The notes beneath the pieces were generated by a model. The model made no database searches. It saw only the letters and a list, made by a program, of their open reading frames with translations, and was not told where the DNA came from. Positions 19,226-28,773 of a stretch of DNA of 44,369 bases are shown in pieces. This DNA comes from a virus. Lineage: Duplodnaviria; Heunggongvirae; Uroviricota; Caudoviricetes. Each line of letters starts with the position of its first letter. The first letter of the stretch is position 1. The translations under genes were made by a program, and so were the position numbers. The stretch lies in the IMG/VR virus record IMGVR_UViG_3300028563_000009; one strand, 5' to 3'.

Positions 19226-22200
19226 TACGATCCAATCAGTGCCATCCACGGCTGAGCCGCTTGCGCGGAGCCGGTAAAGGTAATGGCTGTAGTTGACAGG
19301 GCGATAGATATTGGAACGGCCCCTGTGCTGAAAATTCCAGCGAGGAAGTAAGGGGGAACCGCCGCATTCACGCCTGTGGTCGATCCGGTGCCAATAAAGA
19401 CAAATCCGGGGACTGTAGGAGACAAGGGGTTAACTTGGCCGGTGTTGATGTTACTGATACCTGCCACCGATCCAGATGTTCCGATAAATGACCCAGCCGA
19501 GAGACCTCCGCTTCCTAACACAGAAACTCCTGCCGTTCCCGCTGAAGACAGGACAGTAGCAGCCGTGGGTAGCGTAGACCAGTGAACTCCCTGTGATCCC
19601 GACAGAGAAGCAGCCGTAGTCTGTGTAGTGCTGGCGAATCCGGCAGCGGTAGCAGAGGACTGCGAAACATATCTGAATTGCAACGTTCCAGCATTGCTGA
19701 ACACCGATGCGAGGGTAGGGGCTACGGTAAAGGCAGTAATGGCTGTTGAAGTAGAAGCAGTATGCGCCGACACTCCCGCTAACCCGCCTGAGGAAAGAGC
19801 ACTCGCCCCAACAGGAGAAGCAGTAAACGCGGTGAGGGATGTTGTCTGGATTAAGCTGTTTTGCGCCCCATAAATTCCAACCGTCCAAGTGCTTGTCACC
19901 TGAGCAAAGTTGAAGATGTGGCCGACGACATACTCTCCCGCTGCTAGCAACGTAGAAGCGAATGTAAGGGGATGAACCTGAGGCAGCGACCAACCACCTT
20001 GGAACTGGGACAGAGAGGTAGAAGCTCCAACTGTAGAGGTTCCCGTTGTCCACGCTGAGGTTCCTGAGGTGCTTAGCACCGACGCTAGCGAGGTAGAATT
20101 TCCAAACGAATATACGACGAAAGAACGAGTAAGAGTTCCCGCGCCTTGGTTTGTGGCAGGGAAGGTCAGGCCCAAAGCCACATCAACTTCGCTGAGGTTC
20201 ATTCCTGAGGGGAGTTTGAGTCTCTGTAGAAACAGAGAACTTCCTAGCCCGGTAACGGTTCCCGAGGAAGAGGCTACTAAACCTCCCGCCAAAGCGAGGG
20301 AGTAGTTTTGAAGAACACTGATTCTTCCGATCCCTGCGTTGATGGTGATAGTGCTAAGGTTCGAACTCAAACTCACGTTGCTTCCAGCGACCAAAGACAT
20401 GCTAGAAGAACTTCCGTTAAGTGTGAATCCTCCGCCGCCTCCGCCTGCCGCTGCGCTGATGGTGATATTTGGGCTAGTGGATAGCTGGCTAAGAGTGATG
20501 TTCGGACCGGCGACAAGACCGAAGGCCGTTGAAGACGCGGTATTTACGGTTCCGGAAGTAGTTCCGCCAGCAATCGAGGCGATAGAATACAATACCGATT
20601 GGTTGCTTGCCGAGATAGTAATCGTGGAAGCAGCCTGCCCAATACCGATGTTAGCACCAGCAGAGATAGATAGGCTACCGCTCGATCCATTAAGCGAAGT
20701 AACCACGGAAGGAGTAGTGGCAGAAATTGTGAGGCTCTGTGCCCCTCCCCCAATGCTGATGATACCCGCACCGGAAACGTTTAGAAGACCTGAAAACGTT
20801 CCCGAAGAACTTATGGTAGTGTTACCCAAGGCCGTCAAGCTATGAGAGAATGTCTGCACCGAGGCTGAAATCGTGATAGTAGACGCAGCCTGCCCAATGC
20901 CGATTCCGGCACCAGCCGAAATAGACATAGACCCGTTAGACCCGTTCAACGAAGTTACCACATTCGTCGCGGCGGGAGCGGGTACTGAAATGGTCACACT
21001 TCCATTGCCAACTCCAACCGACGCGATACCCGCGCCAGAAAAGTTTAGGAGATTGGTGAATGTTCCAGAAGAACTTGAGGTTGTATTACCAAGGGCTGTT
21101 AAAGAAACCGAAGCGGTCTGAACAGAGGCCGAAATGGTTATGGTAGAAGCGGCATTGCCTATTCCAATTCCAGCACCGGCAGAGATAGACAAACTACCGT
21201 TCGACCCATTGAGGGACGTAACAACGTTCGTAGCAGCAGGAGCCGGAACAGAAAGAGTTATGGTTCCGCCGCTGGCATTGGTTGTTCCAGACATGGATAA
21301 GATGCCTGCAACACTCATTACCAAGCTATTGCCGGAGAACGCTGTCGCGCTGTTGGCCGCTAGCGTTGTTGTGTTTCCGCTGAAACTGATTCCGGTAAAG
21401 TTAGAAGTTCCGGAGTACGATACGCTGATGCTGCTTGCGCCGGAGTTAAACGCGATCCCGGCCCCTGCTACTAAGGATGCGCTGCTAGATGTTCCATTCA
21501 GGCTGAAGTTGGTGGCTGTCGGAGGGGCTGGTACTGATAAAGTAATCGTACCTCCGCTGGCATTCGTGGTGGCGGATAACGATAGAATGCCTGCCGCGCT
21601 AAGTATTACACTGTTGCCCGTGATAGCTGTCGCGCTGTTGCCTACCGCCGTGGTGGTATTACCACTGAGGCTAATTCCAGTAAAGTTGGAGGTACCGGAA
21701 TAGGATATGGTGATGGTAGAAGCAGCTTGCCCGATACCAATACCAGCCCCTGCGGAGATCGACGCGCTAGAGGATGTACCATTGAGGGTGAACCCGGCCC
21801 CTCCTGCGGGGGTAGGACCGATGATCGTGATGGTAGGGTTGGTGGATAGCTGGCTTAACGTGATGTTATTTCCAGCAACGAACCCAAAGGCTGTAGACGA
21901 AGCGGTGTTGGCTGTTCCGGAAGTAGTTCCTCCCGCGATGCTAGAGATCGATACTAACGTGGAGTAGCTAGACGCCGAGATAGTAATGGTGCTAGCGGCT
22001 TGCCCTATGCCGATATTCGCCCCTGCGGAGATCGACAAGCTCCCGTTCGACCCGTTCAAGGACGTGACTACGTTGGTAGCAGCCGGAGCAGGCACGGAGA
22101 TTGTGACACTGCCATTGCCCACACCTACCGAAGCTATACCAGCCCCGGAGAAATTCAATAACCCGGCAAACGTCCCGAATGAACTGCTAGTGGTATTACC

Positions 22201-23790
22201 AAGAGCAGTCAATGACTGAGATATAGTCTGGACAGACGCTGAGATCGTGATAGTGGACGCAGCTTGCCCAATACCAATTCCCGCTCCCGCAGAAATTGAT
22301 AAGCTTCCGTTTGACCCGTTCAGGCTAGTTACAACTGATGGGGTTGTAGCGGAGATCGTTAAGCTTTGCGCCCCACCACCCACACTGATGATACCCGCGC
22401 CCGAGATGTTAAGCAATCCGGAAAACGTTCCAGATGAACTTACTGTTGTGTTTCCTAACGCGGTGATGCTGTGTGAGTAAGTCTGCACTGAAGCAGAGAC
22501 GGTGATAGTTGACGCAGCCTGACCTATGCCGATGCCAGCCCCGGCAGAAATACTCAAAGTTCCACTTGACCCGTTTACACTAGAAACGTGGTTTGTAATG
22601 GAGTAAGAGACTACCGATCCGGTAGTAACAGCCAGACCTCCGCCTGCGCTGAAAGAAGGACCGGAAATAACTAAAGCATTGCTGCCACTAGACAAAGTAC
22701 TATTTGTACCAATGCCTGTGTTTTGAGAAATCGTTATTTGGTTTCCGGCGACTATCACCAACGGTCCGCTAAAAGTAGCTGCGGTTCCTGTTGTTGACCC
22801 GTTTAACGCCGTTGTCATGGAGGCAAATGCTAAGTAACTCAGAGTATTAGTCTGGTTGCTAGCAGAAATGGTAATCGTGCTATTAGCTTGTCCGATTCCA
22901 ATCCCGGCCCCGGCAGAGATAGATAGGCTCCCATTGGAACCATTTAGACTTGTAACTACATTGGTAGCAGCGGGTGCTGGAACCGAGATAGTAACACTAC
23001 CGTTCCCAACTCCAACAGAGGCGATTCCGGCTCCGGAAAAATTCAGTACATTCGAGAAAGTTCCGGATGAACTGCTGGTGGTGTTTCCTAACGCAGTTAA
23101 GGAGATCGATGAGGTCTGCACGGATGCGGAGATCGTGATGGTGCTTGCCGCGTTGCCGATCCCAATGCCTGCCCCTGCTGAGATCGAAAGGCTTCCATTT
23201 GATCCATTGAGAGACGTGACCACATTGGTCGCAGCCGGGGCCGGAACAGAAATGGTAACGGTTCCATTACCCACACCGACTGACGCAATTCCGGCTCCAG
23301 AGAAGTTCAGGAGAGTGTTGAAACTTCCTGAAGAACTTGAAGTAGTATTTCCTAACGCAGTCAGGCTATGAGTTTGAATAGATTGAGAAGCAGAGATTGT
23401 TAGGCTTTGTGCTCCCCCACCAACGCTGACAATTCCGGCTCCGGAGACGTTGAGCAGTCCAGAGAAGGTTCCCGAAGAACTTAGGGTAGTGTTGCCTAAC
23501 GCTGTGATACTTTGCAAGAACGTCTGTACAGACGCAGAAATCGTGATGGTGCTGGCGGCTTGGCCAATACCGATCCCCGCGCCTGCGGAGATTGAAGCAC
23601 TAGAAGAAGTTCCGTTTAGGGTGAATCCCCCGGCAGGAGGACCGATAATCTGAATACTACTAGCCCCAGTAGAGATAGTAATATTGCTCCCCGAAAGAAC
23701 AATAGTCCCCGTAGACGTAGCGAAGTTGCTGCCTTGGATGGCATTGGCATTAGCTACGTCTGTAAACGGAGGATATGGGTTATTCGCCAT
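19225..23790 (-). CDS. Long repeat-rich tail fibre/filament protein
   Basis: 1521 aa, about 12 copies of LNGS.GSLSISAGAGIGIGQAASTITISAS; almost no charged residues. Confidence 0.7.
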   Translation of the reverse strand: MANNPYPPFTDVANANAIQGSNFATSTGTIVLSGSNITISTGASSIQIIGPPAGGFTLNGTSSSASISAGAGIGIGQAASTITISASVQTFLQSITALGNTTLSSSGTFSGLLNVSGAGIVSVGGGAQSLTISASQSIQTHSLTALGNTTSSSSGSFNTLLNFSGAGIASVGVGNGTVTISVPAPAATNVVTSLNGSNGSLSISAGAGIGIGNAASTITISASVQTSSISLTALGNTTSSSSGTFSNVLNFSGAGIASVGVGNGSVTISVPAPAATNVVTSLNGSNGSLSISAGAGIGIGQANSTITISASNQTNTLSYLAFASMTTALNGSTTGTAATFSGPLVIVAGNQITISQNTGIGTNSTLSSGSNALVISGPSFSAGGGLAVTTGSVVSYSITNHVSSVNGSSGTLSISAGAGIGIGQAASTITVSASVQTYSHSITALGNTTVSSSGTFSGLLNISGAGIISVGGGAQSLTISATTPSVVTSLNGSNGSLSISAGAGIGIGQAASTITISASVQTISQSLTALGNTTSSSFGTFAGLLNFSGAGIASVGVGNGSVTISVPAPAATNVVTSLNGSNGSLSISAGANIGIGQAASTITISASSYSTLVSISSIAGGTTSGTANTASSTAFGFVAGNNITLSQLSTNPTITIIGPTPAGGAGFTLNGTSSSASISAGAGIGIGQAASTITISYSGTSNFTGISLSGNTTTAVGNSATAITGNSVILSAAGILSLSATTNASGGTITLSVPAPPTATNFSLNGTSSSASLVAGAGIAFNSGASSISVSYSGTSNFTGISFSGNTTTLAANSATAFSGNSLVMSVAGILSMSGTTNASGGTITLSVPAPAATNVVTSLNGSNGSLSISAGAGIGIGNAASTITISASVQTASVSLTALGNTTSSSSGTFTNLLNFSGAGIASVGVGNGSVTISVPAPAATNVVTSLNGSNGSMSISAGAGIGIGQAASTITISASVQTFSHSLTALGNTTISSSGTFSGLLNVSGAGIISIGGGAQSLTISATTPSVVTSLNGSSGSLSISAGANIGIGQAASTITISASNQSVLYSIASIAGGTTSGTVNTASSTAFGLVAGPNITLSQLSTSPNITISAAAGGGGGGFTLNGSSSSMSLVAGSNVSLSSNLSTITINAGIGRISVLQNYSLALAGGLVASSSGTVTGLGSSLFLQRLKLPSGMNLSEVDVALGLTFPATNQGAGTLTRSFVVYSFGNSTSLASVLSTSGTSAWTTGTSTVGASTSLSQFQGGWSLPQVHPLTFASTLLAAGEYVVGHIFNFAQVTSTWTVGIYGAQNSLIQTTSLTAFTASPVGASALSSGGLAGVSAHTASTSTAITAFTVAPTLASVFSNAGTLQFRYVSQSSATAAGFASTTQTTAASLSGSQGVHWSTLPTAATVLSSAGTAGVSVLGSGGLSAGSFIGTSGSVAGISNINTGQVNPLSPTVPGFVFIGTGSTTGVNAAVPPYFLAGIFSTGAVPISIALSTTAITFTGSAQAAQPWMALIGS
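20330..23640 (-). repeat. Intragenic degenerate tandem repeat array (about 85-100 aa modules)
   Basis: Repeated ISAGAGIGIG.AASTITISAS / SLTALGNTT.SSSGTF / NFSGAGIASVG units with divergent synonymous codons. Confidence 0.85.
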
Positions 23791-24119
23791 TAACTATTTT
23801 CTTGCCCGAAAAGCTGGAATGAGCACGTTCCATTGAGTGCCAAAACCTTGATAACATCTGTACTCGCTACAGTCAGCCCAACCGTCACAGGGAGAAAAGT
23901 CCCCGGAGGAAGATTTACTAAGTAGGCTAACAGTTGGGAGTTAGTGTCTCCCGCCCCTGCTATACATATTCTTACGGTAAAAGAATCTGCTGCGGACGGA
24001 CTGGTGTTGCATATATTGATTGTTGATATAACTGCCGAAGTTGTCCCGCATGTGTACAAAGTGGTTTCTGTGTTAGCGGCTGGGTAGACTTGGCCTAGTA
24101 CTCTTATGATCGCTGCCAT
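23790..24119 (-). CDS. Conserved small phage structural protein
   Basis: VLGQ.YP...ETTLYT...S.VISTI.ICN...GLT...TDVI...SF..FG.E pattern, recognised from other phage tail modules. Confidence 0.55.
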   Translation of the reverse strand: MAAIIRVLGQVYPAANTETTLYTCGTTSAVISTINICNTSPSAADSFTVRICIAGAGDTNSQLLAYLVNLPPGTFLPVTVGLTVASTDVIKVLALNGTCSFQLFGQENS

Positions 24120-24559
24120 TATGCCCCCATAAGGAGGAAAGCTTGCGTAAAGTCGAGGCCAGCAGTAGCTCCAGTGTTAGTGATAGTCTGGTCGGGCCAA
24201 GCTCCTGTAATGGAGATTCCGCTACCAGCTATCAAACTCGGAGACGAAGTTCCCGTTCCCCCGTGCGCTACGGAAATAGGAATCCCCAGATTGAGAGTAA
24301 CCGCCCCGCTTGTGCCCCCACCAGACAAACCAACCCCAGCAATAACTGCTGTGATATTCCCGAGGATTCCTCCTCCGGTTATGTCAAAGTAGGCGTTATC
24401 GTTCGCATCGAACTGGACGACTAGCCCCGGAAAAATTCTGGTAAGATCGTAGGCCGATAGTCTCCGGATGCTGGCCGCACCTTTACCATTGGAGGGTCCC
24501 GCCACAAACACGTTGGGAGGAATCTGAGCAGCTAAAAGATTTTCTTGTATCGTAGCCAT
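24119..24559 (-). CDS. Short fibre-like protein
   Basis: ITAVIAGVGLSGGGTSGAVTL, VAHGGTG and C-terminal FLLMGA motifs typical of fibre fragments. Confidence 0.55.
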   Translation of the reverse strand: MATIQENLLAAQIPPNVFVAGPSNGKGAASIRRLSAYDLTRIFPGLVVQFDANDNAYFDITGGGILGNITAVIAGVGLSGGGTSGAVTLNLGIPISVAHGGTGTSSPSLIAGSGISITGAWPDQTITNTGATAGLDFTQAFLLMGA

Positions 24560-25293
24560 TACTGCCCTGACCTTCCTTGACGACCTAGCGATCCTGTCTG
24601 ACCTACGCTCTGGTTCTCGCGTAAGTAGTTAAGATGGGGTCCTAAGAATATGTTTCTGTCTGTCTCAGACAATCCCTCGTTAGCTGCCACAACCTGCTTC
24701 AGAAACTCCATGTGAGCAAAGGCAAACCTTTCGTCGCCCTTGTATTCGTAAGTCTTAGCTAAATATCCTTGGTTGTAGATGTAGGAGTAATAGTCGGGGA
24801 TAGGTGCCCAAGTATCAGTTACCGCCCCAAAGGAAGGAGCAGATTTCTGGTAAATCATGTTCAGAGTGTAAGCCTTATCCGGAACCATCATCAATCGGAA
24901 GGTAATGTTTCCGTTGTTATCGTCGCCAACAGGGGAGATAAAGGCCGGTTGTCCTAGCATAGTTTCCCCAATTAGAGCTTGCTGGACGGTAAGTTCTTTC
25001 GAGATAAGGGGGTTATTCCCGCTGGTATCGGGAGGAAAAACTACAGTTGCTTTTTCTAACCAACCGAAGTCTGGTATACTAACTGTATAGTCGGCTACCC
25101 CCGGCTGGCACACAATAGGCTTAGCGAATGCTCTATTCCATCTCCAAGAGAAAGGAGGAGCCAACAGGAATTGGCGCACCCAATCCCCGATTGAATACGC
25201 CAATGCCCCGCTGTTCACGTAGAGCAGAGGGGCATTATAGATAAACCTACTGGTCAAGTCTATTGTAGTTTTTAACTGGATGTTGGAAGACAT
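24559..25293 (-). CDS. Head-tail adaptor/closure-like protein
   Basis: 244 aa; WRWN, GVADY, FRLMMVPDKAYTL.MIYQK and PIPD.Y motifs typical of podovirus adaptor proteins; AGG RBS. Confidence 0.6.
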   Translation of the reverse strand: MSSNIQLKTTIDLTSRFIYNAPLLYVNSGALAYSIGDWVRQFLLAPPFSWRWNRAFAKPIVCQPGVADYTVSIPDFGWLEKATVVFPPDTSGNNPLISKELTVQQALIGETMLGQPAFISPVGDDNNGNITFRLMMVPDKAYTLNMIYQKSAPSFGAVTDTWAPIPDYYSYIYNQGYLAKTYEYKGDERFAFAHMEFLKQVVAANEGLSETDRNIFLGPHLNYLRENQSVGQTGSLGRQGRSGQ

Positions 25294-25342
25294 TTCTAAT
25301 TCCTTAGAGTTAGAGTTGTACCAATCCGGCCTAGTAACTCGG

Positions 25343-25801
25343 TTATAGGTTTTTTGCTGGGTTGTTCGAGGGAGTTAGACTGTCTGTAAAGACTGTGCAA
25401 GTTTCTGTGGATTTATACCAATTGCGCCAAAGTTCGTCGTTGATATTGCCGCCATAAGGCCACTGCGTATGAAACACTGCCGGAGTGGTTGACGCCGTAC
25501 TCATCATCGGCATATTCGCGGATTGATTGACCCAATCCCCCTTGAAGTATTTCGCGTGATCTGGATTTCTTGAGGATACCTTAAGCTGGCAATACTGGCA
25601 TATTCCTATGAGTTCGCCGTCTGGAAGCATTAACCCGCAAAAGGAAAAATCGTCGGGATAGTTTTTTCGATATCCTAATCCTAATTGGTTCCGAAGGTGA
25701 GAGCATTTCTCTTGCCTCTCCACCCCCGCTAGAAGATGTTTATACGTGCTCTTCTGGAATTCTAACTTCTGAAGTTTCTCACGAAGTTCATTAGCCGTCA
25801 T
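25343..25801 (-). CDS. Hypothetical Zn-binding protein (CxH...CxxC), paralog of upstream gene
   Basis: CSH...LPDGELIGICQYCQLKVSSRNPDH. Confidence 0.6.
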   Translation of the reverse strand: MTANELREKLQKLEFQKSTYKHLLAGVERQEKCSHLRNQLGLGYRKNYPDDFSFCGLMLPDGELIGICQYCQLKVSSRNPDHAKYFKGDWVNQSANMPMMSTASTTPAVFHTQWPYGGNINDELWRNWYKSTETCTVFTDSLTPSNNPAKNL

Positions 25802-26367
25802 TACAGATAATCCTCGTCATCGTCTTGAGGACTAAGCTCGACGTGCTTGGCACGGGCTTCGAGAACTCTTTTACGTTCGTCGTCCCCAAGTCTGGCTAAC
25901 TGCGCCTTGATGGGGTCGTTCAGATTGAACTGCCCAGCTTCCGCTAGGGTTCCTCCTGCTTTCTTGAAGAACCGAGTATGATCCGGGTTCGCCGAAGAAA
26001 TGACCATCTGGCAGTAAGTACACACCCCGATAGTTTCGCCGGTGGGGAGCTTGAGCATGTTGAATGCTCCTTCTCCTAACCGTTTCCTACCGGTCTGGCC
26101 AATCTCATGATCGCAAAACTTTTGCTGACGCTTGCGATTTTTCAGCTTGAAAATTTCGATATTGCGTTGATCTCCGCGAAGCTTCTCGTTGAAAGCTTTT
26201 TGCTCCGGAGTCTTGTAGTTCGGTGATAGCTTTTCAAACGCCTCAGCAATACTCTTAGCATTGTTGTTCTGGAGCATCGTGATAAGGTTTAACAGGTCAG
26301 CCCCCGACACCGTGACGGGCGCGTCCAAATCTGGTGTTACTGGTGTTGCTTCTTTTTCTTTTGCCAT
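25801..26367 (-). CDS. Hypothetical Zn-binding protein (CxH...CxxC)
   Basis: CDH...LPTGETIGVCTYCQMVISSANPDH. Confidence 0.6.
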   Translation of the reverse strand: MAKEKEATPVTPDLDAPVTVSGADLLNLITMLQNNNAKSIAEAFEKLSPNYKTPEQKAFNEKLRGDQRNIEIFKLKNRKRQQKFCDHEIGQTGRKRLGEGAFNMLKLPTGETIGVCTYCQMVISSANPDHTRFFKKAGGTLAEAGQFNLNDPIKAQLARLGDDERKRVLEARAKHVELSPQDDDEDYL

Positions 26368-26388
26368 ACAGAAACGGAAATACTCCCG

Positions 26389-27051
26389 TTATCCTCTCTT
26401 TATGTTTCGCCAATTGTAAAGGGTTTTAGCCCAAATATTTTCATCGCAATGCCCGAATTCCTTGGCGCACTGTGCTTCGGTGATATACCCATCGATGACT
26501 AACTTCATCAAAATCCCGCGATACCCTCGCGCGGACTCATCAATAGGAACTCCGTTCCGATCATACTTGTAGGAACTAAATTCCTGAATCTTTCCCGTTG
26601 GGATAAATCCAAGGTATCGAACTCCTTGAGTATCGACGCATCTGGCGTCTTGAATATACAGGGAGAACTCGTCTAGGAAGTAAGCGTCTCCGACTATGAG
26701 CTTTCCGCCTAATAAACGCCTTAGCTTGTCTAAAAAGTCTGTATGCCAAAGCCACCTACCAACCGAGTCTCTTTCAAGATAATCAAGTTCATCTGGTCTA
26801 CGCTGTGCTTCTACCGCCGCAGAACTTTCGTTCATTTCTTTGTATCGGTAAAGATTCTCTTCTACGGACAATCTCGGCGTATTGAGACATTGGTTACACA
26901 AATGTGTATGCCCGTCTCGGCTGCTCGAATCTTTTTTAAACTTACTGTAGATATACGCTCTATGACAGCGACTGCATTCTTTCCCCAATAATGAGGAGGA
27001 GAATGCTAAGTCGCGGTCAAGAATGTTTTCTTCTGCTTGTGGGTTGTGCAT
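26389..27051 (-). CDS. Hypothetical protein with N-terminal CxxC...CxxC zinc ribbon
   Basis: ECSRCH...FKKDSSSRDGHTHLCNQC; 220-aa ORF with GAGG RBS. Confidence 0.6.
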   Translation of the reverse strand: MHNPQAEENILDRDLAFSSSLLGKECSRCHRAYIYSKFKKDSSSRDGHTHLCNQCLNTPRLSVEENLYRYKEMNESSAAVEAQRRPDELDYLERDSVGRWLWHTDFLDKLRRLLGGKLIVGDAYFLDEFSLYIQDARCVDTQGVRYLGFIPTGKIQEFSSYKYDRNGVPIDESARGYRGILMKLVIDGYITEAQCAKEFGHCDENIWAKTLYNWRNIKRG

Positions 27052-27079
27052 TAAGTCCTCTAGGCACTTAAGAAATACG

Positions 27080-27754
27080 TTAGACTTGCTCTGCGCTGAA
27101 CTCAGCGATGTTGATGGTTCCGCCTCCGGCGTTCCCGAAAGTTCCGGAAAGGACGAATGTCAGGTTGGACGCCTGAGTCACAGAAGCTGCGTTCGTGAGA
27201 ACGTGCTGCGTAGTGAGGGCGTTTCCGCACTGGCCAGTGTAGTATCCACCGAGCACCTGAGAGGTCGAGTCCCACTGGATGAAGGTCTCCAACACAAAGT
27301 TAAAGCTTGTGCTAGGAGAACCACCGGCTGTCATCGCGGCAATCTTGGTATCACTAGCGGTAGTGGTGGATGTACCTTGGTACAGACCAATAGCCACAGT
27401 GTTACCCGCACCAGCATTCAGAGTCGCATACCCAGTCACGCGAATGCGGAAGGGACGGCCTGCGTCAAACGTAGTCTTGCTGAAGAACGGAGGAGCAGTC
27501 TGCACTTGGTCCTTACGCCCGTAAGACGATTGAGACAAAGCAGAGTTTAGGTTGAACTCGATAGGACTTGCCGAACCAACCAAGTTAGTACCCGCGCCCA
27601 CGGGGACAGTAAGAATAGCCGCAACAGTAGTGCCTGCGGTATCAGTCCCCACGACGAAGACCGTCTCAGTTGTGGAAGTTAGTGTAAGAGCGTTGATCTG
27701 GTTACGGGCTGTGCCGGGTCCAGTCAAGGCAACAATTGTGTCTGAATTAGCCAT
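27080..27754 (-). CDS. Putative capsid decoration/minor structural protein (paralog of 41079-41681)
   Basis: Beta-rich, Thr/Ala/Gly-rich; GRPFRIRV and NFVLE...WDSTS shared with the 200-aa protein; strong AGGAG RBS. Confidence 0.55.
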   Translation of the reverse strand: MANSDTIVALTGPGTARNQINALTLTSTTETVFVVGTDTAGTTVAAILTVPVGAGTNLVGSASPIEFNLNSALSQSSYGRKDQVQTAPPFFSKTTFDAGRPFRIRVTGYATLNAGAGNTVAIGLYQGTSTTTASDTKIAAMTAGGSPSTSFNFVLETFIQWDSTSQVLGGYYTGQCGNALTTQHVLTNAASVTQASNLTFVLSGTFGNAGGGTINIAEFSAEQV

Positions 27755-27771
27755 TGAAAATGAATCTCCTG

Positions 27772-28371
27772 TTACGAAACGCTTGCATCATTATGATTTT
27801 TAAGCGGTTTAAAAACTCGGTCAGCGGTGATTTCGCCGTCGCCAAACCCCACGATAACTATGCCACCCGGCTTAACTACTAAACTCTTGTGGTTGCCAAA
27901 AAGCTGAGTACCAACTTCATGAATGACACTTGAGTGCGCTATAATAAACCCCGGTCCTACCCTAGTAGCGTGTTCGAAACATTCCGCTAACACAGGCAAA
28001 ATCCTCTCTCTGAATTCGTTTAGGCTTTCGCCTTCTGGAACTCTTTCGTCAGGACGTTCTACATAGGAATCGACTTCTTTTTGGTTCTCTTCATTCTTAG
28101 GTTGGCCAGAAAATTTCCCTAAATTCCAAGCGCGAAGCTGGTCTGTAGGTTGTACTTCTACCCCTTCTGATAATATCTTGGACGTTTGTATAGCCCGTTT
28201 CTTATCAGAAGAAACTATGAAAGAAGGAGTAACATCGCCCAAAAACTTTTTAGCTTCTTCGGCGTCGTGGATACCATCCTCTACAAGAGGGATATCCGCT
28301 TCCCCGCGAAACAAGCCTTTTTCGTTATAGGCCGTTCTTCCGTGACGAATGAGATAAAGGACAGGAATCAT
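27772..28371 (-). CDS. Histidine phosphatase superfamily (phosphoglycerate-mutase-like) protein
   Basis: LYLIRHGRT, SSD..RAIQT, PEGESL.EF.ER and IAHSSVI catalytic motifs all intact. Confidence 0.9.
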   Translation of the reverse strand: MIPVLYLIRHGRTAYNEKGLFRGEADIPLVEDGIHDAEEAKKFLGDVTPSFIVSSDKKRAIQTSKILSEGVEVQPTDQLRAWNLGKFSGQPKNEENQKEVDSYVERPDERVPEGESLNEFRERILPVLAECFEHATRVGPGFIIAHSSVIHEVGTQLFGNHKSLVVKPGGIVIVGFGDGEITADRVFKPLKNHNDASVS

Positions 28372-28372
28372 T

Positions 28373-28756
28373 TTAACCAGCTATGATAAATTCTACTGGG
28401 GTTCCGGCTTGGTTGGATATCAAACTCAAAGCACTGATCCCGTTAGTCGTGATAACTTCCGAAAAAATTATCAAGGCTCCGGGGTCCAGAGTTATGACAT
28501 TCGCCGAACTTCCCCCCACAGGAGTCCAAGTAACTGTTATAGTAGTCCCTGCATTTGCAGAAAGATTTTTGACATACAAGAACTCAATCGGAGTTATCGG
28601 CAGAGGAACCGTATAAGCTCCTGTGCCGACAATCACCGATTGTCCGTATGTGAACAACTCGCCGGTATACGCATTATTTACGGGTTTAGATAAAGCCACA
28701 GAGTTCGTGAGATTGTCTGTTACCTTAATCGTTCCGGTAATTGATGCTGTTATCAT
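28373..28756 (-). CDS. Small beta-sandwich putative virion protein
   Basis: 127 aa, first gene after the capsid gene; FLYVKN pattern; AAGGA RBS. Confidence 0.5.
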   Translation of the reverse strand: MITASITGTIKVTDNLTNSVALSKPVNNAYTGELFTYGQSVIVGTGAYTVPLPITPIEFLYVKNLSANAGTTITVTWTPVGGSSANVITLDPGALIIFSEVITTNGISALSLISNQAGTPVEFIIAG

Positions 28757-28773
28757 CTTGATCCTTATAAAAT

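Noticed and set aside
20330-23640. CRISPR-like or VNTR array
   Set aside because: The repeats are in-frame protein repeats with synonymous divergence, not identical DNA repeats with spacers
19376-24424. Many plus-strand ORFs opposite the fibre genes (and similar ones across the window)
   Set aside because: Antisense shadows of Ser/Thr/Gly/Ala-rich frames that lack stop codons on the other strand; no RBS or recognisable motifs
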